Shown piece after piece: positions 17,600 to 27,268 of a stretch of 64,000 bases of DNA (its first letter is position 1; the number at the start of each line of letters is the position of its first letter). The stretch covers positions 138 through 64,137 of the forward strand of contig SHWA01000002.1 of NCBI GenBank assembly GCA_009693995.1, in the 5' to 3' direction. Made by a program: the position numbers and the translations under genes. The notes beneath the pieces are model-generated. The model saw only the letters and a list, made by a program, of their open reading frames with translations. It was not told the origin of the DNA and searched no databases. The stretch comes from Alphaproteobacteria bacterium (GTDB lineage: Bacteria > Pseudomonadota > Alphaproteobacteria > SHWA01).

Positions 17600-19677
17600 G
17601 TCTCCGGGTCGGCATCGACGTGGGCGGCACCTTCACCGACTTCGCGCTGCACGATTCGGCCAGCGGAAGCTTGCGGATCGGCAAGGTGCTGACCACGCCG
17701 ACCGATCCCTCGGTCGGCGTGCTGGCGGGGCTGGACGCCATGGCCACCGCAGCCGGCTGCCAGGTCGCCGACCTGGCCCAGGCGGTCCACGCCACCACCA
17801 TCGCCACCAACACCGTGATCCAGCGGAACGGCCCGGAGATCGCGCTCCTCACCACCGAGGGCTTCCGCGACGTGCTGATCATCGGCCGGCAGAAGCGCTG
17901 GGAGCTCTACGACAACTCGATCGACAAGCCGACCCCCCTCGTCCCGCGCCACCGCACCTGGGAGGTGCCCGAGCGGCTGATGTTCGACGGCCGCGTACAC
18001 AAGCCCCTCGACGAGGCGGCGGTCAGGCGCGTGGCGCGCGAGATCAGGGACGCAGGAGTCGATATGGTCGCCATCTGCTTCCTGCACGCCTACGTGAACG
18101 CGGCGCACGAGCGGCGCGCGGCCGAGATCATCCAGGCCGAGGTACCGGGAATGACCGTGACGCTCTCCTCCGAGGTGTCGCCGATCTACCGCGAGTACGA
18201 GCGCGCCTCGACCACCACCATCAACGCCTACGTCATGCCGGCGGTCGCCGCCTATGTGCGCCGCATCGAGCAGGGCCTGGAGAGCCGCGGCGCCCGCCGC
18301 GCGCTCTACCTCATGCAGTCGAACGGCGGCATCGCCACGCCTGAGATCGTCACCAAGTTTCCCGTGCGCATCATCGAGTCCGGGCCGGCGGCGGGCGTGC
18401 TGACCGCCGCCCGCTACCGCGAGGCCGCTGGCACCGAAAATCTGATGTCCTTCGACATGGGCGGCACCACCGCCAAGATCTGCCTGATCGAGGGCGGGCG
18501 CCCGGCGCTCACCGGCCAGTTCGAGGTGGACATGGTCCACCTTAAGAAGAACAGCGGCCTGCCCATGACCATCCCGGCCATCGACCTGGTCGAGATCGGC
18601 GCGGGCGGCGGCTCGATCGCCGCGGTGCAGATGGGCACCATCGTGGTCGGCCCGCAGAGCGCGGGCTCGGTGCCCGGCCCGATCTGCTACGGCCGCGGCG
18701 GCGCGCGTCCGACCGTGACCGACGCCGACCTGGTGCTCGGCTATCTCAACCCCGACTATTTCCTGGGCGGCGAGATGCGCCTGAATGTGGAGGCCGCGCG
18801 CCGCGGCATCGTCGCGGGCGTAGGCGCGGCCCTCGGCATGGACGCGGTCGCCGCCGCCTGGGGCATCCACGAGGTGGTCACCAGCCAGATGGCGCAGGCC
18901 GCGCGCGTGGTCTCGGTCGGCCGCGGCAAGGACCCGCGCCACTTCGCCCTGATCCCCTTCGGCGGCGCCGGGCCGGTCCACGGCGCCCGGCTCGCGCGCA
19001 TGCTGGGCTGCCCGCGGGTGGTGTTCCCCAAGGATGCCGGCGTCGAGTCCGCGATCGGCCTGCTGATGGCGGAACCCTCCTTCGACCTCGCCCGCACCCT
19101 GATCGTGCGCCTCGAGGCTGCTGCCCTGCCGGCGGTGAACGCGCTCTACCGCGAGCTCGAGGCAGCGGGGGCGGCGCAACTGGACGCCTGCCGCGTCGAC
19201 GGCCGGCACCGCCTGGCGCGCAGCGCCGACATGCGGTTCGCCGGCCAGGGTTACGAGATCAACGTGCCGCTCCCCGGCAGCACCTATGGCGCAGATGATG
19301 TGGCGCGGTTGCGCGACGCGTTCTTCCGCGAATATGCCACGGCCTATGGCGACCGCGCCTTCGACCGCCGCGATGCGGTCGAGGTGGTGCACTGGCGGCT
19401 GACGGCGAGCGTGGCGATCCCGCCGCTCAGCCTGGCACCGCTGCCGGCGGGCGATGGCTCAGCCAAGGAGGCGGCCAAGGGCACGCGGCCGGTCTATTTC
19501 CCGGAAGCCGGCGGCTTCACCGATTGCCCGGTCTACGACCGCTACGCCCTCCGTGCCGGCGACACGCTAGCGGGGCCGGCGGTGATCGAGGAACGCGAAT
19601 CGACGGTCGTGGTGCTGCCGGGGAGCCGCGCCCGGGTGGACGCAGCCGGCAACATCGTGGTCGATCTGGACAGTTGA
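17596..19677 (+). CDS. hyuA: Hydantoinase A/oxoprolinase-family ATP-dependent hydrolase, A subunit
   Basis: This is the last 693 codons of track ORF 14257..19677, starting MSLRVGIDVGGTFTDFAL. Frame checked against the stop at 19677. Confidence 0.85.
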   Translation: MSLRVGIDVGGTFTDFALHDSASGSLRIGKVLTTPTDPSVGVLAGLDAMATAAGCQVADLAQAVHATTIATNTVIQRNGPEIALLTTEGFRDVLIIGRQKRWELYDNSIDKPTPLVPRHRTWEVPERLMFDGRVHKPLDEAAVRRVAREIRDAGVDMVAICFLHAYVNAAHERRAAEIIQAEVPGMTVTLSSEVSPIYREYERASTTTINAYVMPAVAAYVRRIEQGLESRGARRALYLMQSNGGIATPEIVTKFPVRIIESGPAAGVLTAARYREAAGTENLMSFDMGGTTAKICLIEGGRPALTGQFEVDMVHLKKNSGLPMTIPAIDLVEIGAGGGSIAAVQMGTIVVGPQSAGSVPGPICYGRGGARPTVTDADLVLGYLNPDYFLGGEMRLNVEAARRGIVAGVGAALGMDAVAAAWGIHEVVTSQMAQAARVVSVGRGKDPRHFALIPFGGAGPVHGARLARMLGCPRVVFPKDAGVESAIGLLMAEPSFDLARTLIVRLEAAALPAVNALYRELEAAGAAQLDACRVDGRHRLARSADMRFAGQGYEINVPLPGSTYGADDVARLRDAFFREYATAYGDRAFDRRDAVEVVHWRLTASVAIPPLSLAPLPAGDGSAKEAAKGTRPVYFPEAGGFTDCPVYDRYALRAGDTLAGPAVIEERESTVVVLPGSRARVDAAGNIVVDLDS

Positions 19678-19691
19678 GGAGGGACCCGGTC

Positions 19692-21437
19692 ATGGCAGCC
19701 GTCGATCCGATCACCTTCTCCGTGCTCTGGGGCGGACTGCTGTCGGCGGCGGCCGAGATGGGGGTCACGCTCTCGCGCACCGCCTATTCGGCGGCGGTGC
19801 GCGAGGGGCTCGACTACTCGACCGCGCTGTTCGACGCGGATGGCAACATGGTGGCCCAGGGCGACTATTCGCCCGGCCACCTGGGTTCCATGGCCTTCAC
19901 CGTGCGCAAGGTGCTGGAGACCTACCCGAAGGAGCACCTGCAACCAGGCGACGCCATCCTGCTGAACGACAGCGGTATCGGCTCCGGCCACCTGCCCGAC
20001 TTCTTCATGATCTCGCCGATCCACGTCGCAGACGAGCTGATCGGCTTCGCCGTCAACTGCGCCCACCACGTCGATGTCGGCGGCTCGGGGGCGGGGTCGC
20101 AGGTGATCGAGGGCATCATCGAGAACTACCAGGAGGGCATCCGCTTCCTGCCCACCCGCTGCTATGTCCAGGGCGCGCCGGTCGAGGACATCTTCCGCGT
20201 GATCGCCGCCAATGTGCGCCAGCCGGAGAAGGTGATCGGCGACCTGCGCGCCCAGGTGAACGCCAACATGACCGGCGCCCGGCGCCTGGTTTCCCTGGCC
20301 GAGACCCACGGCCTCGCCACCTTGCGGGCCGCCATGGGCGAGATAATCCGGCAGAGTGAGGAGCAGATGCGGGCCGCGATCCGCACCATCCCGGACGGGG
20401 TCTACAGCTTCACCGATCACATGGACGACGTCGGCCCCGGCACCGAGCCGGTCGTGGCCAAGGTCACGGTCACGGTCGCGGACGGCACCATCGCGGTGGA
20501 TTGGACCGGGTCCGGCCCGCAGCGCGAGGCGGGGCTCAACAGCTATCTCCACTACACCTACGCCTACACCATCGCGGCGGTGAAAAGCGTGACCTTGCCC
20601 ACCGCGCCGCAGAACGAGGGCGTGATCCGCACCATCACGATCACCGCGCCCGAGGGTACCTTCTTCAACCCGCGCTACCCGGCCCCATCGGGCGGGCGGG
20701 CGACCATCTCGCACCGCATCTACGAGACCGTGCTGGGCGCGCTCGCCCAGGCGGTACCCGACCGCGTGATGGCGGCCAACTCCCACTTCTTCAACCCCAA
20801 TCTCGGCGGCACCGATCCGGCGACGGGGCGCGCCTTCGTCTGCTACGAACTGGTCATCGGCGGCATCGGTGGGCGACCCTACAAGGATGGCGAGGAGGCC
20901 CTCGCCTCGCCCTGGAACGCAGCCAACATCCCGGTCGAGATCCAGGAGGCGGCCAACCCGATCCTGGTGGAGCGGTTCGAGCTGATGGCGGACTCGGCCG
21001 GCCCCGGCCGCTTCCGCGGCGGCATGGGGCTGCGGCGCGACATCCGCCTGCTGGCCGACGGCGTGCGCTTCTTCAACCTGGGCGACCGCTCGCTCTTCCA
21101 GCCCTACGGCCTGGCCGGCGGCCACGGGGGGCGGCTGGCCGAGACCTGGCTGAACCCGGGGACGGCTGCGGCGCGGGCGCTCCACTCCAAGGGCAGCTAC
21201 CGCCTGGCGGAGGGTGATCTGATCAGCTGGCGGACCGCCGGCGCCGGCGGCTACGGCGACCCGCTGGCGCGCGACGTGGCGCTGGTGGTGCGCGACGTGG
21301 TCAACGGCTACGTCTCGGTCGCCGCCGCCGAACGCGACTATGGCGTGGTGCTGGACCCGGCTACCCTGAAAGTGGACGTGGCGGCGACCAGGCGGCGGCG
21401 GCAGGCGGCGGTGCCGCAACCTGCAACCGCCGACTGA
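19692..21437 (+). CDS. hyuB: Hydantoinase B/oxoprolinase-family subunit (copy 1)
   Basis: Starts MAAVDPITFSVLWGGLLSAAAEMG at ATG 19692. Carries GDYSPGHLGSMAF and QEGIRFLPTR. 581 aa. Confidence 0.85.
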   Translation: MAAVDPITFSVLWGGLLSAAAEMGVTLSRTAYSAAVREGLDYSTALFDADGNMVAQGDYSPGHLGSMAFTVRKVLETYPKEHLQPGDAILLNDSGIGSGHLPDFFMISPIHVADELIGFAVNCAHHVDVGGSGAGSQVIEGIIENYQEGIRFLPTRCYVQGAPVEDIFRVIAANVRQPEKVIGDLRAQVNANMTGARRLVSLAETHGLATLRAAMGEIIRQSEEQMRAAIRTIPDGVYSFTDHMDDVGPGTEPVVAKVTVTVADGTIAVDWTGSGPQREAGLNSYLHYTYAYTIAAVKSVTLPTAPQNEGVIRTITITAPEGTFFNPRYPAPSGGRATISHRIYETVLGALAQAVPDRVMAANSHFFNPNLGGTDPATGRAFVCYELVIGGIGGRPYKDGEEALASPWNAANIPVEIQEAANPILVERFELMADSAGPGRFRGGMGLRRDIRLLADGVRFFNLGDRSLFQPYGLAGGHGGRLAETWLNPGTAAARALHSKGSYRLAEGDLISWRTAGAGGYGDPLARDVALVVRDVVNGYVSVAAAERDYGVVLDPATLKVDVAATRRRRQAAVPQPATAD

Positions 21438-21457
21438 GGGGCGAGGGACGGCAAGCC

Positions 21458-23200
21458 ATGGCGACGACGATCGATCCGGTCACATTCTCGGTCATCTGGG
21501 GCGGCCTGCTTTCGGCCGCTGCCGAGATGGGCGTGACCATGACCCGGACCGCCTATTCGGTCGCGGTGCGCGAGGGCTCCGACTTCTCGACCGGCATGTT
21601 CGACGCCGAAGGCAACATGGTCTCCCAGGGCGACTACTCGCCCGGCCACCTCGGCTCCATGGCGTTCGCCGTCAAGCGCATGCTGCAGGACTACCCGGCG
21701 AGCGACCTTGCGCCGGGGGATGCCATCATCTGCAACGACCCCGGCATCGGCTCGGGCCACCTGCCCGACGTCTACATGATGACGCCGGTATTCCAGAGCC
21801 GGCGCCTGCTCGGCTTCGCGGTCAACATCGCCCACCAGATCGACATCGGCGGCGCGGGCGCCGGCTCGCAGACCATCGCCGGCATCCAGGAGAACTTCCA
21901 GGAGGGCATCCGCTTCCTGCCCACCCGCCTGTTCCACAAGGGCGAGCCGGTGCGCGACATGGTGCGCATGATCGAGGCCAACGTGCGCGTGCCGGAGGTG
22001 CTCGGCGACATGCGCGCCCAGTACAACGCCAACATGACCGGCGCCGCCCGCATGCGGGCGCTGGCGGAGACCTATGGCGCCGACACCCTGGCGGCGGCCA
22101 TGCGCGAGTTGATCGAGCGCAGCGAAGCCGAAATGCGGGTGGCGATCGGCAAGCTGCGGCCCGGCACCTACACCTTCGAGGACCGGCTCGACGATGTCGG
22201 CCCCGGTACCGAGCCGGTCCTTGCCCGGGTCACGGTCACGGTCGCGGGCGGCCATGTGCACGTGGACTGGGCCGGCTCCGGCCCGCAGCGCGAAGCGGGC
22301 ATGAACAGCTATCTCAACTACACCGCCGCCTACTCGATCGCGGCAGTGAAGAGCGTGACCCTGCCCGACCGGCCGCAGAACGAGGGGGTGCACCGGACCG
22401 TCACGGTGGTCGCGCCCGAGGGGTCCTTCTTCAATCCGCGCCGCCCGGCGCCCTGCGGCGGCCGCGCCGTGGTCTCGCACCGCATCTACGAGGTGGTGAT
22501 GGGGGCGCTCGCCGGCGCCGCGCCGGAGCGGGTGATCGCGGCCACCGCGCACTTCTACAACCCCAACATCGGCGGCACCGACCCCAATACCGGGCGCGCC
22601 TTCATCTGCTGGGAGTCGATCATCGGCGGCATCGGCGCCCGCGCCGAGAAGGACGGCATCGAGGCCACCTCGTCGCCCTGGAACGGCACCAACGTGCCGG
22701 TCGAGATCCAGGAGAGCCGCAACCCGGTGCTGATTGAGCGCGTCGCCTTGATCCAGGATTCGGCCGGCCCCGGCCGGGCACGGGGCGGGTGCGGCCTGCG
22801 CAAGGACCTGCGCCTGCTGGCGCCCGAGGGGATGCTCGACAATCTCGGCGACCGCAACGTGTTTGCGCCCTATGGCCTGTTCGGCGGTGGCGCCGGCGCC
22901 ATGGGCGAGACGCTGCTCAACCCCGGCACGGAACGCGAGGAGCGGCTGCATTCCAAGGGCCGCTATCGCCTGCGCCAGGGCGATCTGGTGAGCTGGCGCA
23001 CCTCGGGCGCCGGCGGGCGGGGCGAGGCGCGGGAGCGTGAAGCAGAGCGCGTGCGCCGCGACGTGAGGGACGGGCTGGTCTCGGTCGTGGCGGCCAGGCG
23101 CGACTATGGCGTCGTGGTCGATCCCGTCTCCTTCACCATCGATGCCGCGGCGACGGCGGCGCTGCGTGGGCCGGCGCGGCTGCGTGCCACCGGTGATTGA
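21458..23200 (+). CDS. hyuB: Hydantoinase B/oxoprolinase-family subunit (copy 2, paralog of the preceding gene)
   Basis: 580-aa ORF colinear with copy 1 along its full length (DPVTFSVIWGGLLSAAAEMG, GDYSPGHLGSMAF, QEGIRFLPTR, GPGTEPV, VTVTVA). Confidence 0.85.
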   Translation: MATTIDPVTFSVIWGGLLSAAAEMGVTMTRTAYSVAVREGSDFSTGMFDAEGNMVSQGDYSPGHLGSMAFAVKRMLQDYPASDLAPGDAIICNDPGIGSGHLPDVYMMTPVFQSRRLLGFAVNIAHQIDIGGAGAGSQTIAGIQENFQEGIRFLPTRLFHKGEPVRDMVRMIEANVRVPEVLGDMRAQYNANMTGAARMRALAETYGADTLAAAMRELIERSEAEMRVAIGKLRPGTYTFEDRLDDVGPGTEPVLARVTVTVAGGHVHVDWAGSGPQREAGMNSYLNYTAAYSIAAVKSVTLPDRPQNEGVHRTVTVVAPEGSFFNPRRPAPCGGRAVVSHRIYEVVMGALAGAAPERVIAATAHFYNPNIGGTDPNTGRAFICWESIIGGIGARAEKDGIEATSSPWNGTNVPVEIQESRNPVLIERVALIQDSAGPGRARGGCGLRKDLRLLAPEGMLDNLGDRNVFAPYGLFGGGAGAMGETLLNPGTEREERLHSKGRYRLRQGDLVSWRTSGAGGRGEAREREAERVRRDVRDGLVSVVAARRDYGVVVDPVSFTIDAAATAALRGPARLRATGD

Positions 23201-23263
23201 GGCGCTGGCGGAGATGCGGGGGCAGGGTAAGATCCTGCCGCTCGGGGCGATGCAAGAAATCTG

Positions 23264-23285
23264 GGGTGGCGGGATCCCGCCACCC
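23264..23285. other. Perfect 22-bp palindrome GGGTGGCGGGA|TCCCGCCACCC between hyuB' and the ABC binding-protein gene
   Basis: Seen directly. It could form an 11-bp stem (no U-tract follows) or be an operator. Confidence 0.4.
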
Positions 23286-23328
23286 GCAGGGACGTGCGGA
23301 TACGGTTCAACCTAGGGAGGACTCGACA

Positions 23329-24516
23329 ATGTCGACACGACGGATTGGAGCGGGGATCGCCACTCTCGTGCTCGCCGGACTGCTGGCGACGCCGGCACTG
23401 GCCGAACCCGGGGTCAGCGCCACCACCATCAAGATCGGCATGTTCGGACCCCTGACCGGCCCGGTCAGCGTGTACGGCTATCCGATCAACAACGGCGCCA
23501 TCGCCATCTACAACGAGATCAACGCCAAGGGCGGCATCAACGGCCGCAAGCTCGAGATCGTGCACGAGGATGGCGCCTGCGATCCGGCCAAGACCCGCGC
23601 CGCGGTCAAGAAGCTGATCAGCCGCGACGAGGTGTTCTTGATCCATGGCGGTAGTTGCAGCGCCGCCGTGTTCGCCGCGCGCGAGGAGTTCGTCGAGGAG
23701 AAGGTGCCGTTCATGGTGATGGCCGCCACCATGGACAAGATCTCCGATCCTATGGACAAGTACATCTTCACCACCACATTGCCGGGCTCGGGCGACGGGC
23801 GCGTGATGCTCGATTTCATCAAGACCATCCCGGGCGTGAAGCGGCTCGCCGTGGTGCGCAACAAGAACGAATGGGCCGACGCCAAGCTCGAGAAGTTCAA
23901 CGCCAACTACAAGGCGGCCGGGCTCGAGGTGATCGCCGACGTGGAGCTCGCCCGCAATGCGACCGATGCCACCACCCAGGCGCTGGCCGTGAAGCAGGCA
24001 AACCCCGACGCGACGCTCCTGGTCACCTATCCCGGCGAATCCGCGGTGTTCCTGCGTGATGCGCTGAAATACGGCCTGAAGGGCCCCTACATCGGCACCA
24101 ACGGCATCATGGACGTGCTCGATCTCAAGGACCGCGCCGGCGGCGCCGAGGCGGTGAAGGACGTCTATGTCAGCGCCTTCCTCAAGGGGCCGATCGGCAG
24201 CCCGGAGATGAAGGAGTGGACCGACATCTACGTGAAGCAGTTCCCGAACGACAAGCTGCAGTCGCTCTCGTTCTACGGCATGTCGGGAGCTTTGACCGTG
24301 GTGGCGGCGCTGGAGAAGGCGGGCAAGGACCTGACCCGCGAGAAGTTCATCGCCGCGCTCGAATCGATCAACAAGGGCAACGCCGGCCCGGCGTTCTGCG
24401 AGGTGCAGTTTGCCAAGGACCGGCGCCAGGGCTGCCTGGACGGCACCATGTGGACGCTCTCGGCCGACGGCAACACGATCGTCAACCTCGGCCCGAGCTG
24501 GAAGAAGATCAAGTAG
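23329..24516 (+). CDS. ABC transporter periplasmic substrate-binding protein, LivK/branched-chain-amino-acid (type I PBP) family
   Basis: ATG 23329 follows a GGGAGG RBS. Signal peptide MSTRRIGAGIATLVLAGLLATPALA. Leu/Ile/Val-binding-like IKIGMFGPLTGPVSVYG. Confidence 0.85.
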   Translation: MSTRRIGAGIATLVLAGLLATPALAEPGVSATTIKIGMFGPLTGPVSVYGYPINNGAIAIYNEINAKGGINGRKLEIVHEDGACDPAKTRAAVKKLISRDEVFLIHGGSCSAAVFAAREEFVEEKVPFMVMAATMDKISDPMDKYIFTTTLPGSGDGRVMLDFIKTIPGVKRLAVVRNKNEWADAKLEKFNANYKAAGLEVIADVELARNATDATTQALAVKQANPDATLLVTYPGESAVFLRDALKYGLKGPYIGTNGIMDVLDLKDRAGGAEAVKDVYVSAFLKGPIGSPEMKEWTDIYVKQFPNDKLQSLSFYGMSGALTVVAALEKAGKDLTREKFIAALESINKGNAGPAFCEVQFAKDRRQGCLDGTMWTLSADGNTIVNLGPSWKKIK

Positions 24517-24617
24517 GGCCGATTCCTTGCGACCGGGGGCGGCAAGAACGGGCCGCCCCCGCTTCCCTTCATCCAGTCTGACCGGCCCGCCCGCGGGCCA
24601 GCCCGAGGTCGCGGTCC

Positions 24618-25490
24618 ATGGACATCGCCACCCTCCTCGTCGCGGGCCTCGCCAATGGCAGCCTCTATTCGCTGATGGCGCTCGGACTGGTGCTCGTCTA
24701 CAAGACCCAGGACGTGATCAACTTCGCCCATGGCGAGGTGCTGGCGACTGGCGCGTTCCTCGGCTACACGCTGTACAAGGTGGTCGGCCTGCCCTACCCG
24801 ATCGCCTTTGTGGTCGCGATCCTGCTCGGCGGGCTGCTGGGCGGCCTGATCGAGCGCATCGCCTTCCGCCCGATCGCGCACCACCCCCACATCACCCTCG
24901 CCATGGTCACGGTCGGCCTCTCCTTCGCGCTCAAGGGGGCACTCCGGATTCCTTACGGCCGCGACATCTACGTGTTTCCGCCCCTCATGGGGCACACGCC
25001 GATCATGGTCGGGGCGACCGCGATCTCGCCGCAGAGCATCGTCACCATCGTGGTGGCGCTCATGCTCGCCGGCGCGCTGTTCGCCTTCTTCGCCTACACC
25101 ACCATGGGCAAGCAGATGCGGGCGACGCAGCAGAACATCACCGGCGCCGCGCTCGTCGGCATCAATACCGGGCGCATCTTCTCCTTCACCTGGGCGCTCT
25201 CCTGCCTGATCGGGGCGGCGGCCGGCGTGCTCGCCGGCCCGCTCTCCCTGCTCTACCCGGACATGGGCACCAACTATCTGCTCAAGGGTTTCGCCGCCGC
25301 GGTCCTGGGTGGCCTGGAGAGCGTGCCGGGCGCCATGGTCGCGGGGCTGATCGTCGGCGTGATCGAGATGCTGTTCGGCGGCCTGATCTCGACCGCGTTC
25401 CAGGAGGTCTCCGCCTTCTTCATCATCATCATCGTGCTGATGTTCCGCCCCCATGGCCTGTTCGGGCAAAAGCCCGTGCACCGGGTCTGA
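24618..25490 (+). CDS. livH: Branched-chain amino acid-type ABC permease (LivH family)
   Basis: 290-aa multi-TM ORF starting LANGSLYSLMALGLVLVYKTQDVINFAHGE. Confidence 0.85.
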   Translation: MDIATLLVAGLANGSLYSLMALGLVLVYKTQDVINFAHGEVLATGAFLGYTLYKVVGLPYPIAFVVAILLGGLLGGLIERIAFRPIAHHPHITLAMVTVGLSFALKGALRIPYGRDIYVFPPLMGHTPIMVGATAISPQSIVTIVVALMLAGALFAFFAYTTMGKQMRATQQNITGAALVGINTGRIFSFTWALSCLIGAAAGVLAGPLSLLYPDMGTNYLLKGFAAAVLGGLESVPGAMVAGLIVGVIEMLFGGLISTAFQEVSAFFIIIIVLMFRPHGLFGQKPVHRV

Positions 25491-25493
25491 GCC

Positions 25494-26489
25494 ATGTGGG
25501 TCCGCTTCTGCGAGCGCTGGTTCGGCCTGCTCCTGATCCTCGGCCTCGCGTGCCTGCCGTTCTTCCTCGACAAGTACACCCAGTTCGTCGTCAACCTGAT
25601 CCTGGTCTATGTGACGGTCGGGATCGGGCTCAACTTCCTGCTCGGCTACACTGGCCAGTTCGCCTTCGCCCACGCCGCGCTGATGGGGATCGGCGCCTAC
25701 ACGGTCGGGCTCCTGACCACGCGCCTCGGAATCAGCTTCTGGATCGCCCTCCCGCTCGCCGGCGTGGCAGCAGCGGCGATCGGCGGCATCGGCGCGCTGC
25801 CCGCGCTGCGCATGAAGCGGGCCTACCTCGCCCTGGTGACGCTGGCCTTCGCCGAGCTCATCCAGTGGGTGCTGATCCGCTGGAAGGACGTGACACTCGG
25901 CACAGACGGGGTGAGCATCCGCCCGCCCCGCTTCTTCGATTACGCGCTGAAGGGTGATTACAAGATCTTCTGGCTGATCCTGGTGGTCACCGTGATCATG
26001 TACGTGATCGCCCGGCGGCTGACCGAGAGCCGCATCGGGCGGTCCTGGGTCGCGGTGCGCGAGAACGAGATCGTCGCCCAGTGCAACGGCATCAACGTGA
26101 CCGCGACCAAGCTGGTCGTGTTCATGGTGAGTGCGTTCTACGCCGGCATCGGCGGCGGCCTGTTCGCCGCCACCCTCGGCTACATCGTCCCCGACGGCTT
26201 CGGCCTTCTCCAGCTCGTGCTCCACTTCTCGATCGTGGTCATCGGCGGCATGGGTTCCGTCTTCGGTGGGGTGATCGGCAGCCTGCTGCTCACCACCCTG
26301 CCCGAGCTGCTGCGCGAGTATCCGCAGGCGCTCGAACTGATCTACGGCATCCTGCTCTGCATCTTCATCATCTTCATGCCGACCGGAATCGCCGGCTTCC
26401 TCAAGCAGTGGCGCGTGCTGCCGCCCGAGGTGATGTCGCGCAACTGGCAGGCGCTGCGCGACCGCCCACGACCTGAGAAGCGGTCGTGA
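25494..26489 (+). CDS. livM: Branched-chain amino acid-type ABC permease (LivM family)
   Basis: 331-aa multi-TM ORF containing NFLLGYTGQFAFAHAALMGIGAY. Confidence 0.85.
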   Translation: MWVRFCERWFGLLLILGLACLPFFLDKYTQFVVNLILVYVTVGIGLNFLLGYTGQFAFAHAALMGIGAYTVGLLTTRLGISFWIALPLAGVAAAAIGGIGALPALRMKRAYLALVTLAFAELIQWVLIRWKDVTLGTDGVSIRPPRFFDYALKGDYKIFWLILVVTVIMYVIARRLTESRIGRSWVAVRENEIVAQCNGINVTATKLVVFMVSAFYAGIGGGLFAATLGYIVPDGFGLLQLVLHFSIVVIGGMGSVFGGVIGSLLLTTLPELLREYPQALELIYGILLCIFIIFMPTGIAGFLKQWRVLPPEVMSRNWQALRDRPRPEKRS

Positions 26490-27268
26490 GCGACATTCTC
26501 GCCGTCGATGGCCTGACCGTGCGCTTCGGCGGCCTGACCGCCGTGGACAGCGTCTCGCTCAAGGTGCCGGAGCGCGAGATCCACGGCCTGATCGGCCCCA
26601 ACGGGGCCGGCAAGACCACCTTCTTCAACGCCGTCTCCGGCCTGGTGACGCCGAGCGGCGGCAGCATCGGCTTCCTTGGCCGCACCATCACCACGATGCC
26701 GCCTTACGCGCGGGCCGCCCTCGGCATCCGCCGCACCTTCCAGTCGCTGCAGCTGATCCCGCGCCTGACCGTGCTGGAGAACGTGCTCATGGGCCTGCAT
26801 ACGGAGATCCGCACCAACCCGTGGGCGAGTCTCTTCACGCTTCGCGGCCGCGACAAGGGCGAGAAGGAGGCCCAGGCGCGAGTCCTGGCGACCCTCGACT
26901 ACCTCGGCATCGGCGCCACGATCCTGAGCCAGACCGGCACCCTCACCTTCGCCCAGCAGCGTTATGTCGAGATCGCGCGCGCGATCGTCTCATCGCCGCC
27001 CTTCCTGATGCTGGACGAACCGGCGGCGGGCTTGAGTCCGAACGAGGTCAGGGATCTCGACCGCCTGCTGCGCCGCCTCAGGGACGAGCGCGGCATCACC
27101 ATTCTTCTGGTCGAGCACGTGATTTCGCTGGTGCTCGGCGTGTGCGAGCAGGTGAGCGTGCTCGACAACGGCCGCCTGATCGCGGAAGGCACGCCCGAGC
27201 AGGTGGCGAACGATCCCAAGGTGAAGGCGGCCTATCTCGGCGAGGACAGCGGTGCTGACGGTCACTGA
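26486..27268 (+). CDS. livG: ABC transporter ATP-binding protein (LivG family)
   Basis: Walker A GPNGAGKTT, signature-like region and Walker B LLMLDEPAAGL. Overlaps neighbouring genes. Confidence 0.85.
   Translation: MSDILAVDGLTVRFGGLTAVDSVSLKVPEREIHGLIGPNGAGKTTFFNAVSGLVTPSGGSIGFLGRTITTMPPYARAALGIRRTFQSLQLIPRLTVLENVLMGLHTEIRTNPWASLFTLRGRDKGEKEAQARVLATLDYLGIGATILSQTGTLTFAQQRYVEIARAIVSSPPFLMLDEPAAGLSPNEVRDLDRLLRRLRDERGITILLVEHVISLVLGVCEQVSVLDNGRLIAEGTPEQVANDPKVKAAYLGEDSGADGH

Noticed and set aside
14257-19677. 1806-aa plus-strand ORF that looks like a giant multidomain gene.
   Set aside because: Only its last 693 codons (from ATG 17596) encode a recognisable protein, HyuA. The first ~1100 codons are Arg/Pro/Gly-rich out-of-frame read-through across the coxL-like and iclR genes, which are clearly encoded in other frames.
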